Positions 26,538 through 32,000 of a DNA stretch of 32,000 bases are shown here, in pieces. The DNA is taken from assembly GCF_000172995.2 (NCBI RefSeq), contig NC_014729.1, positions 2,250,001 to 2,282,000 on the forward strand, read 5' to 3'. The notes under the pieces are model-generated. The model saw only the letters and a program-made list of their open reading frames with translations, made no database searches and had not been told where the DNA came from. The position numbers and the translations under genes are program-made. The stretch comes from Halogeometricum borinquense DSM 11551. GTDB taxonomy: Archaea > Halobacteriota > Halobacteria > Halobacteriales > Haloferacaceae. Positions within the stretch are counted from its first letter, which is position 1; the number at the start of each line of letters is the position of its first letter.

Positions 26538-26539
26538 CA

Positions 26540-27346
26540 ATGAGTTTAGAACGTAAAGACGAACACGACCACAAGGGCTGGATGAAGAAGAAGGACCTCA
26601 CACCCGTAGAGTCCGTCTTCCTCACGACGCTCATCTGGCTCGACAAGCGATTCCGAATCGTTGACTATCTGGAGCTGATGGAGACCCTCTACTACCGGGT
26701 CAACCTCCAGATGCCGAAAAGTCACACCGAACAGTACAACCTCGACAACAAGTTCTGGTACTGGTACCCGCTGTACACGCTGGGACTGTTTTCGACGCTC
26801 GCGTACGTTGTCGCCGCGATAAGCGGCGCACTACTGGGTTTCTACTATTCCCCATCGTCCGCAGCAGGGACCGAAGCGGCCGGCACCGTCGCGTACGAGC
26901 AAATCGCGTTCATCATGACCGACCTCCAGTTCGGGTTCATGCTCCGGTCCATCCACCGATGGGCCGCACAGGTGATGGTGGCCGCCGTGTTCCTTCACAT
27001 GCTCCGCGTCTACTTCACGGGCGCGTACAAGGAACCACGTGAGCTCAACTGGCTCCTCGGCATCATCCTCATCAGCCTGACGATGGTGTTCGGGTACACC
27101 GGCTACCTCCTTCCGTGGGACCAACTGGCGTTCTGGGCCGGTCAGATTGGCGTCGAGATGTCGTTGTCCATCCCGCTCATCGGAGAGTGGATCGCACAAC
27201 TACTGTTCGGCGGCTTCACGTTGAGTCAATCGACACTGCAGCGGATGTACATCTTACACGTGTTCCTGCTGCCGTTCGTCGTGACGACGCTTATCGCCAT
27301 CCACATCGGCATCGTGTGGGTGCAGGGCATCGCAGAACCACACTAA
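26540..27346 (+). CDS. petB: Cytochrome b (b6-type, N-terminal four-helix haem-binding module)
   Basis: RSIHRWAAQVMVAAVFLHMLRVYFTGAYKEPRELNW and GYLLPWDQLAFWA, plus ILHVFLLPFVVTTLIAIHI. This gives the two His pairs for haems bL/bH. ATG 26540 is preferred over the upstream extension. Confidence 0.93.
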   Translation: MSLERKDEHDHKGWMKKKDLTPVESVFLTTLIWLDKRFRIVDYLELMETLYYRVNLQMPKSHTEQYNLDNKFWYWYPLYTLGLFSTLAYVVAAISGALLGFYYSPSSAAGTEAAGTVAYEQIAFIMTDLQFGFMLRSIHRWAAQVMVAAVFLHMLRVYFTGAYKEPRELNWLLGIILISLTMVFGYTGYLLPWDQLAFWAGQIGVEMSLSIPLIGEWIAQLLFGGFTLSQSTLQRMYILHVFLLPFVVTTLIAIHIGIVWVQGIAEPH

Positions 27347-27353
27347 TAGAACC

Positions 27354-28118
27354 ATGACGGAAACCAACAACACGGACGAAGAGATTCGGACCGACGGAAG
27401 CGGTATCGTCGCGCCGGACGACGAGACGCCGACGTGGAGCGAACGCAAAGAACGCTCGGTCGGTCTCTCCCGGCTCACGTACGAGTACTTCGAACGCTCC
27501 CGGCGTGAAGACCAAGACCTGCGACAGGAGTCGGACTACGTCGAACGCGACGTGCTCGCGTTCCCGACGTGGCCGCACGAGATTATTCGGAATCTCTCTA
27601 TTGCGAGCTTCTTCGTCGGGATGATTCTCTTCCTCTCGGCGACCCTCCCACCGCACATCGCTGCGCCCGCGAATCCGAGTTCGACGCCGGCGATCATCCT
27701 GCCCGACTGGTATCTCTACTGGTCGTTCGGTCTGTTGAAGCTCGGTCCGCTGAACCCCGAGCTGTCGATCTTGGGCGGACAGAAACTGCTCGCAGACCGA
27801 CCGTACGGTGTCCTTGCGAACGTCGTCGTCGTTGGCGCTATCGCCATCGTTCCCTTCTTGAACAAGGGATCGGCCCGTCGCCCAGTTGAACAGCCGTTCT
27901 GGGCGTCTATCGGTGTCGGCGGTGTCGTGTTCGCGTTTACGATCAGCGTCTACTCCGCGAAGAACCTCGTCCCGATGGACGTACACCTGCTCTTCGACCT
28001 GACGTTCCTCGCACCGCTCGTTGCGGGCGTCGTGACGTACGCCGTGCTGAAGACCATGCGCGAAGGGTACATGTACGACCTCAACAAGCGGTACTATCGG
28101 CTTCGACCGCCGAAGTAG
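27354..28118 (+). CDS. petD: Cytochrome b C-terminal module / subunit-IV-like protein with an acidic N-terminal extension
   Basis: ILPDWYLYWSFGLLK corresponds to the PEWY quinol-site motif. About 3-4 TM helices. No Cys, so no c-type haem. Confidence 0.85.
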   Translation: MTETNNTDEEIRTDGSGIVAPDDETPTWSERKERSVGLSRLTYEYFERSRREDQDLRQESDYVERDVLAFPTWPHEIIRNLSIASFFVGMILFLSATLPPHIAAPANPSSTPAIILPDWYLYWSFGLLKLGPLNPELSILGGQKLLADRPYGVLANVVVVGAIAIVPFLNKGSARRPVEQPFWASIGVGGVVFAFTISVYSAKNLVPMDVHLLFDLTFLAPLVAGVVTYAVLKTMREGYMYDLNKRYYRLRPPK

Positions 28119-28133
28119 CGCGGACGGACACAC

Positions 28134-28149
28134 GGAAAAACCCTTTTCC
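28134..28149 (+). terminator. Hairpin ggaaaa-accc-ttttcc with a T-run after petD
   Basis: 6-bp stem and a T-rich 3' side, 16 nt after the petD stop. Confidence 0.3.
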
Positions 28150-28170
28150 TTCCCACGCTAACGTTCGCTG

Positions 28171-28557
28171 ATGACCGACGGAGACGGGACAGCGAGCGCT
28201 GATTCCACACAGACCGGACGGGACGATACGAAACGCGGCAGACGTGATGTCGTGGTCCCGCTGCGACTCTACAAAACTGTAACAGTGTTCTCGACGCTCA
28301 TCGCCGTCATCAGCGTCGTTGTCGGGTTCATGTTTCTCGACGCAGCGACACTGAACGTGAGTTTCGTCGGCGCGCTCATTACAGATCTTCGCACGACACT
28401 CGGTATCTCCATCGCAGATGATGTCTTGAGCACCATTCTTGCCGTTGCAGGTCTCGCTATCATCGGATTCGGTGCAGGCGTGTACATCCTCGGGACGCGA
28501 TTCCGCGCCCAAGGAATGGGAAAGTCTCAAGAGGACTCCGACGAAGATTCGGAATAA
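28171..28557 (+). CDS. Two-TM membrane protein, function unknown
   Basis: TM segments VTVFSTLIAVISVVVGFMFL and LSTILAVAGLAIIGFGAGVYIL. Acidic tail. Confidence 0.7.
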   Translation: MTDGDGTASADSTQTGRDDTKRGRRDVVVPLRLYKTVTVFSTLIAVISVVVGFMFLDAATLNVSFVGALITDLRTTLGISIADDVLSTILAVAGLAIIGFGAGVYILGTRFRAQGMGKSQEDSDEDSE

Positions 28558-28559
28558 CA

Positions 28560-28829
28560 ATGGCTGACGAGTTCATCAAAGGGCTGGGTATCTTCACCGC
28601 CGCCGGACTCGGTTGGATGGTACTGGCGGGCTGGTACCGGACGAGCAGTTTCGAGAGTAACAAACAGCTCATCGAGGCCGTCTCCGGAGGCGGTACCGTC
28701 TTCGACTCACTCGGTATCCTCCTGATGGACTCGCTGTTTTGGTTCGCCCTCCTCGGCATACTCGCGTTCTGGGTGCTCATCCCAGTTGGCCGACAGATGC
28801 GAGCCGCCATCGAAGAGCGCCGCGCGTAG
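28560..28829 (+). CDS. Small two-TM membrane protein, function unknown
   Basis: Starts 2 nt after the previous stop. TM segments LGIFTAAGLGWMVLAGWY and LFWFALLGILAFWVLIPV. Confidence 0.7.
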   Translation: MADEFIKGLGIFTAAGLGWMVLAGWYRTSSFESNKQLIEAVSGGGTVFDSLGILLMDSLFWFALLGILAFWVLIPVGRQMRAAIEERRA

Positions 28830-28836
28830 ACGCCGG

Positions 28837-28855
28837 GCCGGATCCGGCGGATTTT
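28837..28855 (+). terminator. 12-bp palindrome gccggatccggc followed by ggatttt
   Basis: A perfect inverted repeat and T-run 8 nt after the stop of 28560..28829. Confidence 0.4.
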
Positions 28856-28933
28856 CACTGATTAGTTAGTCGCCGCGGTGCGCCGTGCGGGCGCGCCGGA
28901 TTGGAAAAACTCTAATGACTCGTACACAGAGGA

Positions 28934-29389
28934 ATGAGTATGCAACCGTTACAGTTCCTCGTTCCGCTCGACGCGCTGGAGGCCGTCGGACCGGTTCTCA
29001 AGTACGTCATCTTGGGACTTGTCCTCGCCAACATGCTGACGCGCGTCCTCGCGCACCGCACACACGTTAGACAGGCTAAAGAGGGAGACGGGGACGAATC
29101 GCTCTCGCGGTACCTCCCGCACACTGTCACGACGCTGTTACTCGTCCTCGCGTCGTTCGCATTCATGATCCTCGAACCGCACGGCGGCATGGTGCTGTCC
29201 GTCCTCGTGCTCGGCGTGTTCCTCGCTGACTTCTTCGAGTTCGAGTCACGTTGTGTCGAGGCACGGTCGAAGAGCCTCGAACTCGAGCGACCTAAGTCCG
29301 CAGTTGTGGGGTCCGTCCTCGTCCTCATGTACGCCGCTTACCAGAGTCTATTCTTCCTCATCGCGGACTACTGGAACGCGATCATCTGA
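28934..29389 (+). CDS. Membrane protein (~4 TM helices), function unknown
   Basis: AT-rich aaaaactctaat lies about 25 nt upstream. Hydrophobic segments VLKYVILGLVLANML, TLLLVLASFAFMIL, MVLSVLVLGVFLADFF and VVGSVLVLMYAAYQSLFFLI. Confidence 0.7.
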   Translation: MSMQPLQFLVPLDALEAVGPVLKYVILGLVLANMLTRVLAHRTHVRQAKEGDGDESLSRYLPHTVTTLLLVLASFAFMILEPHGGMVLSVLVLGVFLADFFEFESRCVEARSKSLELERPKSAVVGSVLVLMYAAYQSLFFLIADYWNAII

Positions 29390-29433
29390 GGAGCAGGAAC
29401 GCGAACGTATTTGAAGCCGCCATCATCGAATAC

Positions 29434-29450
29434 GGCCTCCGTTTTTTCTC
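29434..29450 (+). terminator. Oligo-T terminator (ggcctccgttttttctc)
   Basis: A T6 run about 50 nt after the stop of 28934..29389, in a convergent spacer. Confidence 0.4.
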
Positions 29451-29499
29451 ATTTCGATAGTCCCGACTCGTCGAGTGAGAACGCAGACGCCAAATCTCG

Positions 29500-30258
29500 C
29501 TATGACGAGTCGTCGTACTGTTCCAAGAACTGTAGAAACAGTCGGTCGTCTCCGACAGAGAGTTCGATCGGTGCGTAGGCGGGAACGTCACGGGCTTCCT
29601 CGTCGTCAAGAATGAGCGTGACAGACGCCTCGTCACGTTCGACCGATAGTGTAACTGGCAGGCGATGTACCCACGAGTCAGAGCGTGTCGTGTACGGCGA
29701 GATGGGGACGGCAACGACACCCGTCTCCGGTGCGAGAATCGGCCCGCCCACGCCGCGGGCGTAGCCGTGACTTCCCAGGGGCGTAGCAACGACAACGCCG
29801 TCAGCCCGGAACGAATCGACACGCTCTGCAGGCGTCGAGACAGCGTACTCTGAGATACGTGCCGGCTCGTCCGTCATCAGCGTCACGTCCGCGAGAGCGG
29901 TCCCAGCCAGAGTGCCATCGACGGTGACTGTGAGGACGGGATGTTCGACCGTTCGCACCGCCCCCGTCCGAAGCGCTCGAACCGCGTCCGCGACATCTGC
30001 ATGAGAGACCGATTGGTGGCCGACGGTACACGCGATAGGGAGAATCGGTGCGGCCGGGTCTGCAGTAGCAAACTCGAACAGCGCCGCTTCGCCGACAGCG
30101 AAGACAGCATCTGCATCGGCCACAGCGGCGTCAGGATCAACTGCACCGTCGTCACTCCTGTTGGCGACGACGCCACCGGCGGCGGCCACGGATTCGGCGA
30201 CTGCGTTCGCGTCGTCACCGTCGCCACGGACGACGATGACGGGTGCGTCGCCGCTCAC
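29500..30258 (-). CDS. NAD kinase-like protein (divergent; N-terminal GGDG motif not conserved)
   Basis: DGVVVATPLGSHGYARGVGGPIL matches the NAD-kinase Gly-rich motif DG..v.TPtGSTAY..SaGGPi. The expected GGDGT position reads VGEAA. Confidence 0.75.
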   Translation of the reverse strand: MSGDAPVIVVRGDGDDANAVAESVAAAGGVVANRSDDGAVDPDAAVADADAVFAVGEAALFEFATADPAAPILPIACTVGHQSVSHADVADAVRALRTGAVRTVEHPVLTVTVDGTLAGTALADVTLMTDEPARISEYAVSTPAERVDSFRADGVVVATPLGSHGYARGVGGPILAPETGVVAVPISPYTTRSDSWVHRLPVTLSVERDEASVTLILDDEEARDVPAYAPIELSVGDDRLFLQFLEQYDDSS

Positions 30259-30355
30259 GGTTCGGCCTCCGGCGCACCTCTTCGAGACATCGTCCCCGGA
30301 TACGCCCGGCCCAGTAAAAGACCCGGCGGTTCACCGTTGTCTGATGATTCCGTCG

Positions 30356-31663
30356 TCAGTACGGCCAATCTCCGGTTATCTTCATTCCCGCAGCGTGGTC
30401 TTCCTCCTCCAGCGCCTCGATGATCTCCGCCTCGTCTTTGTGTTGAATCTCCATCTCATCGTCTGCGAGGTCAACGACGAGCTGTGCGAGCAGAATCGCC
30501 TGTTCGCGGAGGTTCCGCACTTCCAGCTTGTCGAGGGTGTCGGCGAACGTGTGGCCCCAGCCGCGGCCGCGACCCGCTGTCTCACAAGAGATCATATAGC
30601 CCGGCACACCCCACTGCGTAAACGGCCAGTGGTCGCTGTGCGGAACCAATTCGGGAACGATAGAGACGGGATGGTCGAACTGATCTCCGACCGACTCGGC
30701 CGCCGCTTCGAGTGCATCGAACCCGTGGGTGTCAAACTTCAGTGTTCGGCCGAAGACGACGCCGTCGTTGTTCACGACCGCCTTGATGTGCTCCCGCTCG
30801 TCGCCGAGTCGGTCAGACTCGTGCCCGGATCCGACGAGGCCGACTTCCTCTGCACCGAACGCGATGAAGCGGACGCGCGTTTCGAGTTCGTCCTCTCGTT
30901 CTGCGAGGATACGGGCGAGTTCGACCACCATCGCGGTGCCCGATCCGTTGTCCCACGCACCCTCGGCAATGTCGTGTGCGTCGAGATGGCTGGTGACGAG
31001 GAGTTCGTCCTCGGTGTCGGGGCCGAGTTCGGCATGGACGTTTCCGCTTTCGGCAGGCGGCGTCTCACAGTCTACCTCGACGGTCACCGCTTCGCCTTCG
31101 AACCGGCGGGCGAGACGAGTTCCGACTTCCTTGCTGACCCCGACAGCGGGGATGTCGCCGACTGGCGATTCTTCGGTGCCGACGCTCCCGGTCGGCGGCA
31201 GACAGCCTTCGACGTGATTGGCGAAGACGAACGCTTCTGCACCCGCCTCAACAGCGTGGTAGTACTTCTCTCGGCGATGGATGAACCGCTCGTAGTGGTC
31301 CGGAACAGTCGAAGAGACCATCACTACCTTCCCCGAGAGATCCGCCTCGAAATCCTCGGGGAGACCGTATCCGAGGTCAACGAACTCACCGGACGACGCG
31401 TCGGACGGACTCCGCGGGAGAGCGATGCAGTCCTGTGTCGTCCCGTCCGTAACGACGCGACTGTCACCGCGTTCCCAGCCCTGAATCTCGAACGTATCAA
31501 TGTGGGCGTTGCGCGCACCGGCCGCTTCCAGCGCGTCGCGCGTCAACTCCATCGCCTCGCGTTCGCCGGGTGATCCGGCCATCCGGTCACCGATATCGAC
31601 GAGTGATTCGAGGTGGTCCCATCCGAAGTCGCTAGTGAACGTCTTGCCGATCCAGTCAGTCAT
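30356..31663 (-). CDS. M28-family zinc aminopeptidase
   Basis: SHLDAHDIAEGAWDNGSG, FGAEEVGLVGS and HSDHWPF are the M28 metal-ligand blocks. ATG 31663 (MTDWIGK) is preferred over the 69-codon upstream extension. Confidence 0.85.
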   Translation of the reverse strand: MTDWIGKTFTSDFGWDHLESLVDIGDRMAGSPGEREAMELTRDALEAAGARNAHIDTFEIQGWERGDSRVVTDGTTQDCIALPRSPSDASSGEFVDLGYGLPEDFEADLSGKVVMVSSTVPDHYERFIHRREKYYHAVEAGAEAFVFANHVEGCLPPTGSVGTEESPVGDIPAVGVSKEVGTRLARRFEGEAVTVEVDCETPPAESGNVHAELGPDTEDELLVTSHLDAHDIAEGAWDNGSGTAMVVELARILAEREDELETRVRFIAFGAEEVGLVGSGHESDRLGDEREHIKAVVNNDGVVFGRTLKFDTHGFDALEAAAESVGDQFDHPVSIVPELVPHSDHWPFTQWGVPGYMISCETAGRGRGWGHTFADTLDKLEVRNLREQAILLAQLVVDLADDEMEIQHKDEAEIIEALEEEDHAAGMKITGDWPY

Positions 31664-31835
31664 GTTCTCTCCTCCTCCCGTCCGGTCACTAACCGTTTCG
31701 GTGCCCCACACCGTCCGCCGGTTTCGGACAGCGACGAGAGAACAGTACAGCGGCGGAAACCCCACTTGCGACGGTCGTGCGCCGTGACCGCCAATTCCGG
31801 CACCTTCATACATCTTTTGTAACGTACGTTCATGC

Positions 31836-32000
31836 ATGAGCGACGTTCGAATCGCTGGCGTCGGCCTCACTCCCTTCGGCGAGCAACCGGAGCGGACGGG
31901 TCGTGATCTGTTCGCGGAAGCCGCACTCGCGGCCCGTGAGGAAGCTGGCGTGCCACGTGACGCGTACGAGGGGGTCCACTACGGGAACTTCATGGGTGCC
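31836..32000 (+). CDS. Thiolase-family protein (acetyl-CoA acetyltransferase-like), 3'-truncated by the window edge
   Basis: MSDVRIAGVGLTPFGEQPERTGRDLFAEAALAAREEAGV is a typical thiolase N-terminus. AT-rich catcttttgtaac lies upstream. Confidence 0.75.
   Translation, partial: MSDVRIAGVGLTPFGEQPERTGRDLFAEAALAAREEAGVPRDAYEGVHYGNFMGA

Noticed and set aside
1-32000. Searched by eye for CRISPR arrays, IS elements, integrases, toxin-antitoxin pairs and defence-system ATPases or nucleases.
   Set aside because: I found no regularly spaced repeats, no transposase or integrase motifs, and no terminal inverted repeats. The only SMC-like ATPase + nuclease pair is canonical Rad50-Mre11, with a zinc hook and full Mre11 phosphoesterase motifs.

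Overview
This is a GC-rich archaeal chromosomal segment with strongly acidic predicted proteins, so it is almost certainly a haloarchaeon (class Halobacteria). From memory only, the gene order resembles the Haloferax panA / mre11-rad50 / polB / sufCBD / gltB neighbourhood. The window is mostly housekeeping. In order it holds: the 3' part of glutamate synthase gltB, an SDR epimerase, an HD hydrolase, and a DUF3179 protein. Next comes a short AT-rich islet with a stop-interrupted zinc-ribbon gene beside tRNA-Gln(UUG), then a small CPxCG zinc-finger gene. A ferritin-like + DtxR/SirR-like operon sits directly next to sufC-sufB-sufD, followed by family-B DNA polymerase and three small conserved ORFs. 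These are followed by mre11-rad50, two small wHTH/hypothetical genes, proteasome-activating nucleotidase PAN and endonuclease III. A tightly packed respiratory operon follows (halocyanin, 128-aa membrane protein, cytochrome b, subunit-IV-like protein), flanked by several small membrane proteins. The window ends with a divergent NAD-kinase-like gene, an M28 peptidase and the start of a thiolase. I found no CRISPR array, transposase, integrase or recognisable defence genes. The observations most worth follow-up are: (i) the cytochrome b/subunit IV operon, which has a membrane-anchored cupredoxin and no Rieske or cytochrome c gene; (ii) a DtxR-fold regulator that appears to lack canonical metal ligands, carries a C-terminal CX2CX7CC motif, and lies next to the SUF genes; (iii) a long acidic T/D-rich tail on Mre11 ending in a PIP-box-like peptide; (iv) the AT-rich tRNA-flanking islet with an in-frame TAA. 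All functional calls come from motif recognition by eye; no database search was run.
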